A stretch of DNA of 64,000 nucleotides from Giardia intestinalis (lineage: Eukaryota). Shown here one piece after another: positions 25,896 to 37,100 of the stretch; positions within the stretch are counted from its first letter, which is position 1, and every line of letters begins with the position of its first letter. The notes below the pieces were generated by a model. The model saw nothing but the letters and a program-made list of their open reading frames with translations, was not told the DNA's origin and did not search any database. The DNA is taken from NCBI GenBank assembly GCA_000002435.2, contig CM018792.1, one strand, 5' to 3'. The translations under genes and the position numbers were made by a program.

Positions 25896-27785
25896 ATGCC
25901 GCGATTGCCCAGACCTCCACCAAATCCCAACGCAACGCTGAGCAAGACTACGCCACAAGAGAGCGTTTTACTGCCAGGGTATAAGACCCCAAGAGTTAAC
26001 GAAACTAGCCAACCACTCACCGCAGCAGATCCGAATACGGAGCTCCCAGCCATAGGAAACACCGCCGCATCCCTGCAGGCTGCTCGAGCTCAAGTGCCGG
26101 CCAGTGCCGTCGAAAAGGAATTCATATACAATCTTCAACAGCAGGTCTATTTCTTGGAGCTCCAGTCAAAGCTGCTCCGCGACAAACTCGTTGACGCAGG
26201 GCCAAAACTAAAGTCACGCTCAGTAGAGGCAAACCCTGCATTTGACAAGTCTCTTGATGCAGCTCTTCCTCTTCAGGAATACATAGAAGGCTTACGTAAC
26301 GCTTATTCAGAGTTGGAGTCTAAGTATCAAGCAGATTCCAAGGAGTTGAAAAGTAAGTATGAGGCTGCACAGCATGATCTAGCCGCTGCCACCGCTGAAA
26401 TTGCTTATTTGAAGAAGAAGACGGAAGACTTCCCGAAGGAGTTAGCACGAGCATCTAACCAGATGGTTGCACAACTTCAAAAGCTAAATGAGGAGCGTGA
26501 GGCATTGGATGCCCAGTTGAAGGAGGCGAACCTTGACATAGATCATCTCCGTGATGAACTCGCAGTGACCAAGTCTCAGCTTGAGCTGCGGACAGCAGAG
26601 CTTGCAGATACCTGTCGGGAAAAGCAGATTCTGGAGCAGCAGGTCCATGACGTAGAGCGTAACTTTCTTTCTGCTTCTAAAGCTGAAGAGCGAGAGCGAT
26701 GTCTTGCTGAAGCACTTGCAGATCTGAAGAAGCTCAAGGCAGACATGGGCTACCTCCAAACGGAGCTTAACGATACACGAGCGTCTGAGAAAAAGGCATC
26801 AGATATGCGCTGGGAAATGGATCGAACAATCGAGGAGCACAAACTAACAATCAGCGAGCTTAATTCCTCTGTTAAGCATCTACGGGAAGAAAATAAGCTA
26901 CTTTCTAATTCTTTATCAGAGGCTCGGAGAAAGCTTGAGGAGCTCGCCACTAAGGAATCCCTCAGTCGAAAGAAGTATGATGAGTTGAATAACGAATCCA
27001 CAGACCTCTTGCGGGATGCACGGACCCAGGCAGAGCTGCATAAGCGACAGATAGGTGAGGCAGAGTCTCGAAGGAAATTCTACGAGGCACAGAATCTTGA
27101 CCTGCTGAGAGATAAAGAGTACCTGGAGAAGACTAATGACTCAATCAAGAGCATGCAAGAACTTCTGTCTCGCAAGCTAGATGAGTGCCGAGCAGAGCTG
27201 GCTGCCTCACAGGAAGCAGCTCACACACACGCAGCGTCCCTCAAGACCCTGGAGCAGAGGCTGGCTATGGCATTGGAGGAGAACCAGATGAGCGCAAACC
27301 AGATAGACGGATTCAAGCGGATCATTGAGCGGAGCTGTGCCGAACTAGATCTCAAGGATAGGGAGATAGATGCTTACAAGGCTTTAGTTTCTATAGACCC
27401 AGAAGAATTTATGCGACTTCAGCAAACAAACCATGAGTTGGCCCTCAAGCTCAACGGCTTCAACACAAGGTTCTCCAGGCTGGGGAGCGATGCCAGGGAA
27501 TTCATTCAAAGCGGCTGGAAGCTGTCACGGAACCAAGAGCTGGCCAAGGCCAGCGCCGGCTTCCATGAGATAGAGCCAGGACCGGACTCTTGCTCCCCAG
27601 ACAGCTTTGACGCCCGGGCAGCAAGTGAAAAGATGCGGACGGACAAAGATAGACAAGGAAGACGCACCGAACTCTCTATGGGTGATCAGATGCGTCAGCT
27701 TGCGGCAGACATGCTTCAAGAAACCCGAGGACAGCTGGGCTTCAACAGCGAAAACGACCAGAATGTCGAAGACTTTCGCAAGTAA
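25896..27785 (+). CDS. coiled-coil protein (629 aa)
   Basis: The ATG at 25896 was verified. A Pro-rich N-terminus is followed by ~450 aa of heptad-like repeats rich in E, L, K, Q and A (LQQQVYFLELQSKLLRDKL, ...AELADTCREKQILEQQVHDVERN...). AGTAAAT overlaps the stop at 27781-27787. Confidence 0.6.
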   Translation: MPRLPRPPPNPNATLSKTTPQESVLLPGYKTPRVNETSQPLTAADPNTELPAIGNTAASLQAARAQVPASAVEKEFIYNLQQQVYFLELQSKLLRDKLVDAGPKLKSRSVEANPAFDKSLDAALPLQEYIEGLRNAYSELESKYQADSKELKSKYEAAQHDLAAATAEIAYLKKKTEDFPKELARASNQMVAQLQKLNEEREALDAQLKEANLDIDHLRDELAVTKSQLELRTAELADTCREKQILEQQVHDVERNFLSASKAEERERCLAEALADLKKLKADMGYLQTELNDTRASEKKASDMRWEMDRTIEEHKLTISELNSSVKHLREENKLLSNSLSEARRKLEELATKESLSRKKYDELNNESTDLLRDARTQAELHKRQIGEAESRRKFYEAQNLDLLRDKEYLEKTNDSIKSMQELLSRKLDECRAELAASQEAAHTHAASLKTLEQRLAMALEENQMSANQIDGFKRIIERSCAELDLKDREIDAYKALVSIDPEEFMRLQQTNHELALKLNGFNTRFSRLGSDAREFIQSGWKLSRNQELAKASAGFHEIEPGPDSCSPDSFDARAASEKMRTDKDRQGRRTELSMGDQMRQLAADMLQETRGQLGFNSENDQNVEDFRK

Positions 27786-27811
27786 ATTCACTCGTTACTG
27801 GCTCTGTCAGC

Positions 27812-28519
27812 TCATCCAATGTGAGACCCGTCAGGAACCTCGACGAAAACAGGGCCGTACTCGTCAGCCACAAGTGTTAAGTCACCTAGCATGACAATAT
27901 TATCCTTAGAGGTAAGGTGCTCGGCCATACGGCTGAAGTTCTTCTTGGGGTCTGTAGCAGGGGCTGGTGCGAGAGGCCTTGGGTCCTTATCTGTGTAGCC
28001 TGAAGGCACTATTCGAGTCCCTGGCGGCGCTGTCTGAGGCGGAAGGCATAGCTTGACAAGTTCCTTCTCGTCTTCCGTGCCGCATGATCCGCAAAAGAGC
28101 ATGGCGTTCGAGACGATGGCACCTCCTGCCATAGGCCGGGGCTTCAAGTTCAAGATTGTCATGATTCGCTTGCCGACGAGCTCCTCTGGAGTGTAGTATT
28201 TGGCGATTCCTGCAGCAAACTCACGCGTTTCACCACCCCCGATATCAATGGTCAGGACTAGAAGCTTCTCAGAGTAGTCTGGAATTGCACACGTGAGGAT
28301 TTGAGACACACGAATGTCACACTTTTCAAAGGCCGCAACAGACGGTGGCAGCTCTGCTGCAGGTGGCTCAGACGGGGCTGCGCCCTTCTTCTTCCCCTCT
28401 CCTTTCTTCTTGGTCACTGGGGCAGAAGCCTCTCCCAGGTGAGCCCCGAGCTTATCGATAAGGGACTCCACCGCCAAGATATCGCTGCTCAGGGGTCCTG
28501 TCTGGCCAGACTCTGCCAT
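27812..28519 (-). CDS. tRNA-binding-domain protein (Arc1p/EMAP-II/AIMP1 family OB fold)
   Basis: 235 aa. FEKCDIRVSQILTCAIPDYSEKLLVLTIDIGGGETREFAAGIAKYYTPEELVGKRIMTILNLKPRPMAGGAIVSNAMLFCGS matches the Myf/EMAP-II tRNA-binding domain (LDLRVGKI..HPDADSLYV..IDVGE..RTVVSGL....L.GR.VVVL.NLKP.KMRGV.SQGMLLCAS). The N-terminus is Lys-rich. Confidence 0.75.
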   Translation of the reverse strand: MAESGQTGPLSSDILAVESLIDKLGAHLGEASAPVTKKKGEGKKKGAAPSEPPAAELPPSVAAFEKCDIRVSQILTCAIPDYSEKLLVLTIDIGGGETREFAAGIAKYYTPEELVGKRIMTILNLKPRPMAGGAIVSNAMLFCGSCGTEDEKELVKLCLPPQTAPPGTRIVPSGYTDKDPRPLAPAPATDPKKNFSRMAEHLTSKDNIVMLGDLTLVADEYGPVFVEVPDGSHIG

Positions 28520-28639
28520 GGCAATCAGTAATCTAAACTATATCGTATAATTTTACGCCTGCTTAATTTTATTCGTGCCAAGCGGCTAATGAATATTGAA
28601 TTGTAATTCCACTTCCGCAATTTCGTGTTGAGTAAAGGG

Positions 28640-30082
28640 ATGACAGCCGTTGAATACAAGGAGAAACTCTGCGAAACCGTCCTCTACTACAAGAATAAGA
28701 ACTTCAAGCTTGTCTTTTACAACGACAAGTGCACCAAGTTTGATCTCTACGATGCTATTGGCCGCAAGAGCTACACTTACGAATTCAAGGACACGATCTT
28801 CAACGGGATCTACGCGTTTCCAGGCCCCTGCGGAACGTATTTCGTAACACGCAACTCTTACCTCTTTGTCCTCAAGTATCCGGCTTGCCGTGGATTCAAA
28901 CCAATCCTTCTCGACAACACGATCATCCGCATCCGTAACCCCGAGAAGAATGTGGAGTCTGTCTTCTACTACGGTGACCACAGCTTCGCGTATGTCCGCA
29001 AGGTCTTCAACGCGAAGTCCAATATGCACCACTATGTCTGCTTCCACTGCAACCACAACACACTCGTCAGGTCCATCGCTAAGTCCACCCCAGAGAAGGA
29101 GGACAGGCTAGGGAAGCTCCAGTCCCTCTACTCGAACGAGCACGTGCTCTGCATCACGTCTCTCAAGAAGGCCGAGACGAAGCTTACCCGTGTCACCTTC
29201 CACGTTGACCCCGTCAAGCCCTATCGCTCGTGGTATCTTGCAAATCTTAGCAGTCTTCCTATGGCTTTCAGCGCCAAGAAGAACGCGGCAGATGGCTCTG
29301 ATCCCGTGCTTATGGAGTCTGAGAAGGAACTTGTTATAATTCAACCAGGGACGAGCATCTGCTGGAGGATGACCAAAGAGTCGGGTGGTGTCTCATCGGT
29401 CAACGAGGACAATAGCATAGATATGAGAAAGATCGAGCTCCCTAATGAGACTCATAAGAAGGTTGCTGAAAAGCACTTAGTAGCGAACTTCTCGCATGAG
29501 AATGCCCTCTACATGACAGACAACGAAGGATCTGTGTATAAACTCGACCTGAAGACCCTAAGCATTGAACCAGTCGGTGAGAACGAGGATGTCTCTTCGA
29601 TGGAGTATGTCTCTAAACTTCGCTCCTCCGTCTTTACTAATGATAGAGCGGAAGCGATGCAGCAGTCTGCCGTCGTCTCCTCGCTCACTTCTATCCTTGA
29701 TACCCAGGCGATGTCTGCCAGTAGGTCAAGTTCTACACAACAACCTGTCCTTCGCAAGGTTGAGATGGATGTTGGGACGACGCAGGACGAGCAGCTAAAG
29801 CACCTTGAGGCTGAGCCCAAGGCACCCAAGTCGATCTCTATCACCATAAAGAAGGGATCTAAGGAGCAGCCGCAACCAGCCGAAGAGGTCCTACAACCAT
29901 TAGCTACCGAAAACCAGACAGACGCTGCTGCCCTCATGATTGGGGCGGTCTCTGCTGCTGGCCTAGAAACCACCCCCGCTGTCGCGGCGGAGGAATCTTC
30001 TGCTAAGAGCGACGATGCCCCAGTTGCCTGCGACGCAGCTGCACTCTTGATCGGCGTTGTAGCGTCTGCGGGTCTCGAGTAA
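28640..30082 (+). CDS. hypothetical protein (480 aa) with a duplicated hydrophobic C-terminal motif
   Basis: The track start at 28625 is a GTG, and the first ATG is at 28640 (MTAVEYKEKL...). The C-terminus contains two copies of DAAAL(M/L)IG(A/V)V(S/A)(A/S)AGLE, and the stop lies inside GAGTAAATGA (an AGTAAAT motif). No family was assigned. Confidence 0.55.
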   Translation: MTAVEYKEKLCETVLYYKNKNFKLVFYNDKCTKFDLYDAIGRKSYTYEFKDTIFNGIYAFPGPCGTYFVTRNSYLFVLKYPACRGFKPILLDNTIIRIRNPEKNVESVFYYGDHSFAYVRKVFNAKSNMHHYVCFHCNHNTLVRSIAKSTPEKEDRLGKLQSLYSNEHVLCITSLKKAETKLTRVTFHVDPVKPYRSWYLANLSSLPMAFSAKKNAADGSDPVLMESEKELVIIQPGTSICWRMTKESGGVSSVNEDNSIDMRKIELPNETHKKVAEKHLVANFSHENALYMTDNEGSVYKLDLKTLSIEPVGENEDVSSMEYVSKLRSSVFTNDRAEAMQQSAVVSSLTSILDTQAMSASRSSSTQQPVLRKVEMDVGTTQDEQLKHLEAEPKAPKSISITIKKGSKEQPQPAEEVLQPLATENQTDAAALMIGAVSAAGLETTPAVAAEESSAKSDDAPVACDAAALLIGVVASAGLE

Positions 30083-30102
30083 ATGAGGACTTGCAAAAAT
30101 AA

Positions 30103-31122
30103 ATGGCCGTCGTCACCTTCGGGGCGCTCCTCTCTCAGGCCTTGAACTGCTACTTCTACTGCCCCATCCATTGCTATCACAATCCTCTTGGCCACTTTGA
30201 GCCTCTCTTCAATGACATCGAGGCGGTTCCAGAGCTTAAGCGAACATTCTTCCTGGCACTAACCGAAGATCCCAATTACAGTGAAAAGTCTCTTGATCAA
30301 ATCAGGGCAAACTATAAAGCCAAGGTAAAGCGGATCATGGCGCTTCAAATGATTAAGAAGGCACTCTTACAGACCAACAAGTCACAGTACGTTCTCACTG
30401 CGGACGTGTACGCAGACTTTTTTGTAATACCCGATAACTGCCGATTCTTCATCAAAGAGACAAAGCAAGATGACAGCTTTCTTCGGTATTCAGACGAGTT
30501 CGAGGAAAAAGTTAATCTATTTCTTATCAAGACTGTTCAAGCCTATGCCCTTCAGCAATATGATCAGCTCGTTGCCCTCAGTAAGCGGTACGAAGACGCA
30601 CTTCCCATTGAGGACCCATTTGCAATATGTCTACGAGAGGCTGTTTCAGCTCCACCCGGAGCTGCACATGCACCTCTTGTGCGGTCCCATACCATCGCCG
30701 TGGAGGACGCTGAGATCCGTACCTTGTTGACTATGGACCCCAGCAAGCTTCTAGGGAACGAAACTGTCAGAAAGACTCTTGCAGAAGCTAAGGAAAGCAC
30801 AAAGGCCTTCTATCCGCTAACACAGACCTACCGTGAACCCAGTGACTATCATCTATTTCTGTTATCAAGCGCTCTCCATAGCATGCCGAGTGATAGCTAC
30901 AAAAGCCTTATTACTCATGCTTCTGAGTTTATGACGAAGAAGGCGGTTAAGTGCAACTCTTCTAGCCTAGATTTAGCCGCCCTTCCTTATCGTAATCTCT
31001 GGCTCTTCTTCACAAAGTCACTAGACTATGCGAAAAATCCGTATATTTTAGACATTGTAGCTGCTGTAGACAAGCATAATGAACGGCCATCCTCCGCATT
31101 AAAAAACCCTACTAGGACATAG
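30103..31122 (+). CDS. hypothetical protein (339 aa)
   Basis: The ATG at 30103 was verified and is preceded by TTGCAAAAATAA. It lies 20 bp after the previous stop and 17 bp before the ABC transporter ATG. No motif was recognised. Confidence 0.5.
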   Translation: MAVVTFGALLSQALNCYFYCPIHCYHNPLGHFEPLFNDIEAVPELKRTFFLALTEDPNYSEKSLDQIRANYKAKVKRIMALQMIKKALLQTNKSQYVLTADVYADFFVIPDNCRFFIKETKQDDSFLRYSDEFEEKVNLFLIKTVQAYALQQYDQLVALSKRYEDALPIEDPFAICLREAVSAPPGAAHAPLVRSHTIAVEDAEIRTLLTMDPSKLLGNETVRKTLAEAKESTKAFYPLTQTYREPSDYHLFLLSSALHSMPSDSYKSLITHASEFMTKKAVKCNSSSLDLAALPYRNLWLFFTKSLDYAKNPYILDIVAAVDKHNERPSSALKNPTRT

Positions 31123-31139
31123 CCAACTCACGGCACAGC

Positions 31140-34100
31140 ATGCCAGATAGTAAGGTCAAGCTCAGGCATAGCTTTAAGACAGTATTTGCTTATGAGAGTA
31201 TTTCGTTGAAGCGTGATCCGGTTATTCTTGCTGTTGTACTTCTTACTCCCGCACTGATGGCTTTGGTTTTACATTGGCTTCTGTTTTACATTTTGAACGC
31301 CAATCTTATAGCAAGTGAGGTTGCTCTTCCGGTCTACCTTCCTCTAGAAAAGCTCAACCTTTCGCTGGAACGGTTTCGGTTGGGTGCGTCTTACACAGCC
31401 CCCGTTCTCTTCTATTATTCTCCTGCTACAGAGAAAGCGGAACGTTTGGCTTTTGAGATTATTGATTCTATTTCTACCTACAACAGAGGCCTTTTGGCGA
31501 GGCGAAGCATCAAGGATACAGCAGGTTTCTATTCCACCCTGACCGAGGCACACTACCCTATGTTCTACAGGGCGTTCGACAGCCCAGAAGAGATGAGCAA
31601 GTACTTTTCAGTGCCAATCTTTCATTCGACAAACTGTAGCTATAGGAGCTACGATGCTACAACGCTAGAGGATCTTATTGCTCAGCACGCTGCTCTTAAT
31701 TGTACAGGGACAATGATAGTGACCCCAGACACATACGCTAGATACAATCTCACAGAAGAATATGTTCAGGAGCATCCAGCCGAGCTGTTCCAGCCTGCCC
31801 TCTTTGCGCTAGACTTCTCTGAGATAGATGCGGGTGGAAATGTTATTATTTACTATAATAGTACGCTATTTTCTCAGTTAAAAGATCCTCTTACAAAATA
31901 CCTAGCAAAAGACTTTTACTCTACCACAGGAACAGTGTTTTACTTGGCTGTCCAGCGCGCAGTCTACGTCCTTAACGTCTATGGAGACATGGGACTGCGC
32001 CAAAACGCATCCTCTTCCTCATATGATCTTCCCCTGTTGACCTCTGTTCCTGTGCCGGAAAGAATAATTCCACAGATATACCCATCCCAATCAGGTACCT
32101 TTATCACAGTGCTTTCTGTGGTTGCTCTGAGCGTGGTGTCAACCACGTTTGCAGCTCGTGATAGAGGTAAAGGCCACTCTACCTTGCGCCTCCTGGGGGT
32201 CTCTGAAGGCGTATACTGGTTTGTACGATGGATAAGCACTGTAGTGATGTCTTTTTTTTCCTCCGTAATTCTTGTCCTCACTTGCTACTGTTCTCACATC
32301 TTGCCCCTTGCTGGCTTCACGGTAGGATTTTTGCTTCTGCTAGCATTTTTACTAACGCTCCACACTGCAGGTTTTTCTCTGTTTCTCTCTGCACTGTTGG
32401 GTCGCAGTGGAATTATCATGCCTCTAGTAGCTTCCCTCTTGATTGGGATTCTTTGCGGGGCTGTGGTTACGGCGACCTTCCGACTCACATACAACACCGG
32501 CAGTGTCCTTGACCCTACAATTATGCCTTCTCCTCTAACGTGGATCCTTTCTTTGCTGTTTCCTTCGTTCAATATTCAGCATATTTTTGACTTCATGATG
32601 CTTGTTCTGGATGATTCCTTGCGTGGAAAATTCGTCTCAATAACCAGTTCGACGCGGAAAGATCCAGCATCACTCCTGGCCTGTGGTATGAAGTGTTACG
32701 CGGACCCAGAATATGCCAATTCAGTCTACTTGGGCGAGCTTGTCGGAGCAAAACAGAGCGCACTAGATTCATCAGTTACTGGCTTCTCAGTCAGGACGTA
32801 CACCGTGCCGTCTGCGGCTATTTTTTGCATGCTTCTAGCCATTCAGTGCATTGCTTACACATTACTAGCAGTAGTTCTGGGTTATTCTCTCTCTGAGCCC
32901 ATGTATAGAGGCATAAATCTTATTAAAGTGCTTCATCAAGCGTTGCGCTACAAGAGGTACCGCAGAAAGCATATGAGAAGCGAGTCAAGCAATACATCAT
33001 CCGCTGTATCTGTGGCATGTCAGAATCTGCAAGTGGCATACGGTTTTGGGAGGCGTAAGCTTATTGCTGTCGATAACTTTACGTTCATTGCACGTAAAGG
33101 TTCGATCCTTGCGTTGCTGGGAACAAATGGGGCGGGGAAGTCATCGGTGATGGCTGTTTTCGCTGGAGAAAAGGCACCTACAAAGACGTCTGAGCCAGTG
33201 CTTGTTAATGACTATGATATGCGTTCTGACTATGAAGCACTTCTAGCACGGGGCTGTATTGGGAAATGCCCCCAGCACAATCAGAACGTTTTCGAATCCT
33301 TCACGGTCTTGGACAACATCTACCTTTGTGCACTTTATCGTGGAGCACTAGATACTACTCGCGCTTGTATGAAGCATAGCGAGCCTAAAATGGGTAGCGA
33401 GAACGTTATAAACTCATCATCCCCAGCAATACTTGACGATGAGATCCAAAGTCGCTTCGCTGGTACCAATGCCCGGCTGGAGCTCTTCTCTAACTATGCA
33501 GCCATGCTGAATCTTGACAGTTCGGCTCTCAGAAAGCGTGCAGAAGCCTTATCTGGAGGCATGAGACGGCGCCTCAGCCTTCTCAATGCCACGATTGGCC
33601 TCTGCGACGGGGTTGTGTTCATGGACGAGGTATCGACCGGCCTTGACCCACTGACATGTAGAAGCCTTCATGATTACATACGTTATGTGGCCAATCAGCA
33701 ACGAAATACAATCATTTTGACCACCCATAATATGGCAGATGTTGAGGCCTTGGCAAGTGGTGTAGTGTTAATGAAGCATGGGGTCACAGTTGCTCAGGGG
33801 ACTGTGGATGAGATTTGCTCCACGTTAGACTGCTATAACATTACCCTCTACGCCTCCAGTGTGACCTCTTCGCGGCCTGGGCCCGTCATCGCACATCCCT
33901 GCTTTCCCCAGCAATGCAAGGAGGTGTCTCACAAGGTAAGTGTCAAGATAACTGAGATTATACCAGATTCAGATTGCTCCTGTGTCGATCTTGTTCTGAA
34001 TTCACGAACGCTGTACACGTTCCGTCTCTCGGGAAAAGCCATGCCCTATCTTCCTTGTGTTTCTCAGTATCTGGATAGTATCCTCGGGTTCTTTGACGCG

Positions 34101-37100
34101 ATATCCTCTTTTAGCATTGAAACTGCCACTCTTGATGACACATTTGTGGAGCTTGCTGCTGATAAGGACGTCACGGAATACTCTAGCTCTGCTCCTGTTA
34201 CTCTTTACAAAAGCAATGCTAAGCATTTGCACCCTAGGGTCTCGTACAGTGGTGCCTCTGGTCGTGTGACTATTGATGACGTGAGAGAAGAAGACTCGAA
34301 GAACTTCCTTTCGACAAAATCATCGTTTTGGCGAACGGTCGCTGCGGGTCTTCTTCGCCTGTGTATTCTAGAGGTTCGCATGCTCAAGTTGGGATTTCTT
34401 CCCTCCATTGTGATTTTCTTTGTCGCTGCTATGGCTGTAGTTGCCGTCAGCAAGGGGTTGATTGTATCATTGAGTAGTTTTGCAGACTCATCCATGCAAA
34501 CACTTCTTGAGAAGCAAAAACTAGAAACACTGATGGAGTGTCTTTCTTGTTGTAACCCTCTTTATCGTGATACAGTGGTCTCTGGGCTTATTGCAGCCGG
34601 ACGGAGCGACCTAGCACAAAATGACACATATGTCGATGGAATCGTTTTCATTTCTTGTTCTGCTACACGGCCATCAGGATGCTTTTCGGACTCGACCGAT
34701 AGTTTCTATGTGCCATCATCATGCCAATCTTTCTTAATGTTGTATGGCTGGGATGTTATGAACCCACGCACCCGGACTACAGGTACCAGTGCGCTGTGGC
34801 CATACTTCACCAACAATGAAGTGCCTCATTATCTCATTGCTAGCAACGAGCCATTAGTGGAGGCAACGTTGCACGCATCTTCTCAGAACGCAGTCGTTGA
34901 GCTAAGCACTTATAATACGTTTTCACCTACATGCTTGGAGTTTCTTCAAATATGTGCCAATGGTTGCAAGGTTGCTGCTGCTCTTTTAGATTCAGAGTCC
35001 AGCGGGCTTTATAACACAACTCTCTGCCAAAAACTGTGTGATGAAATTGGTTATGGAATTGCACCAGCAAGCGGCTCGCAAAACCGCGACCATGCCAGCC
35101 CTTATACTGGCGTTTGTAGCTCAATGAAGACGTGCTCAGGGGTTGTACTCAATCAATCATTACATGCTGAGGATGTTTTTCTCCGAAACCTCCAGTTACA
35201 GAAAGAGAGCCTCAGGTTCAGCTACCTTGATCTCCAGGACCACTCCACTACTTCCCCATTGGCTGAGGAGAGAAACCGTGCATATTATATGCATCTTGCA
35301 CATGAAAAATACGCTCAGCAGAGCCCTTTTCTATTCTTCAACTGGACACCTGGTGGTCTTACAACTTATGGAATACTCCCCGATACGGCAGGTGGAGACT
35401 ACAGCTACAGCTCAATGGAGGCCCAGGTTCAATTGCCATATGGGCTGACTCAAAATATAAGTCTTTATCCCAAAGAGCTTGCTGGGCTCTACCCGGACAA
35501 TGCTAACTTTGTGCAACTAGCTAACGTAACAGAGCCTGTCGGTGATGAGTACCTTCGAATGCGGGGCTTCCAAAGCCAGAATGACTTTACGTCTTTGTTG
35601 TCCACGGCTTTCCCTGATCGCTATCTTACAGAACCCGTCAATGCTTATACGTCGATAGTCAGCCTAGTTCTGCATATGCGTTTCGAAACGCAAAGAATCA
35701 ACTCTATTAACAATGCCACAGAGTATGTCTTCAGGGATCAATCGGTTCCTTTCTTTTCCTCGACAGTCCAGGCGATGCCATACGTTGCGGACACACACAT
35801 CAATTTCTTCGGTGCTCAGCTCATTTCTTCTATTAGCTTTCTCCTTCTCCCTCCTGTTTTCATGGCGCCGATTCTTTATGTCTCAATAAGTATATTACGG
35901 GAACAAGAGAGCCAGATGGCTAAGATGCTCAAGCTTCATTCTATAAGCAAAGAACTGCAGGTTTTTACAATCATACTCTACTATCTAGTTGCATCTCTCC
36001 TCTCAGTCATCTTGGCCGTTGTAGTTGGTCTCATTCTCAACATTTCGTCCTTTAGAAAGACTGGAGGATACATGGCCAGCATGCTTATCGGCTTGAGCTA
36101 TTCGTCGGCCGTCGTTGGAGCATGGATTGCACGAATTCTCAGGGATCCAAAGGTTGCAGCATTTGTTGCTTGCTGTTTCATTCTTATCTGCTTCATGATC
36201 TCGGTCTTTCTCACAGATATTAATCCCATTTGCATTGTCATTAGCCCCCTCTACTTTCTCGTTTTCCTACAAAAGGGCACAATACTCACGAATCTATCCA
36301 CAAGCTGGCTGGACTTTGTGATTGGCTTTTTTATCACAACCACGCAATTGATCATTGTGCTTAACAAGGGTTGGCTTAGCTATGTAGATGGTATATCAGA
36401 GTCGTCTGTAGTAGATTCTGAATCAGAAGTCTTAGACTCCTCGACCGGCGTTGCTATTCGTACTCCTTTGGAAGGTGTGGGTGGTGAATCTACCCTGACC
36501 CAGCTGATCACAGATCCGTCTAAAATGGACAAGCCGTGTCCCAGTCTCTACGAGAGTCATTTGATGGATGCAGATGTTGCACTAGAAACGCTCTTTCAGG
36601 CACACAGCACAGACGAGATAAAGCTTCACGTCGCCAACCTTTCCCATCACTATGGGAAACAGCATGTTCTCAAACGGGTTGGACTAGACATACGTAACGG
36701 CGAGATCTCTGGACTCGTTGGGCTTTCTGGATCCGGAAAGACGACTCTGATCAACTGTCTTGCGGATATCGTGGTTCCCGATACTGGTACAGCCCTTCTG
36801 CGTCACGCTTCAGGAACAGCAGATTTGCTCTCAACCGGAAAGGCCTCTGGTTCTGATAAACTCCCTGCTCCCCTGTCTTTGATACCCCAAGACGATCTAC
36901 TATATCCGGGACTAACCATCATGGACCACTTACGACTCTTTGCGCCGCTTTATGGATATAAGCACAGCGGAATATATGTTAACGGACTCCTTACTACGCT
37001 ATCCCTCTTCGCACACCGGCACAAGCGCATTCGCGAGCTATCTGGCGGTATGCGCAGACGAGCGAGCTTAATCATTGCGCTTCTCGGCTGTCGACATATT

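Noticed and set aside
28892-28902. ggattcaaacc (reverse complement GGTTTGAATCC), which resembles a tRNA T-arm/T-loop
   Set aside because: It has T instead of the near-invariant C56 (TTTGAAT versus TTCRAnT), there is no surrounding cloverleaf, and it lies inside a well-supported coding region (...YPACRGFKPILLDN...).
28586-29056. Minus-strand 156-aa ORF overlapping the 5' part of the 480-aa plus-strand gene. Similar antisense ORFs occur at 38616..39149 (opposite the 1076-aa gene) and 58109..58651 (opposite Nar1-like).
   Set aside because: These are antisense to longer ORFs, they show no motifs, and the sense-strand ORFs are much longer and bounded by start and poly(A) signals.
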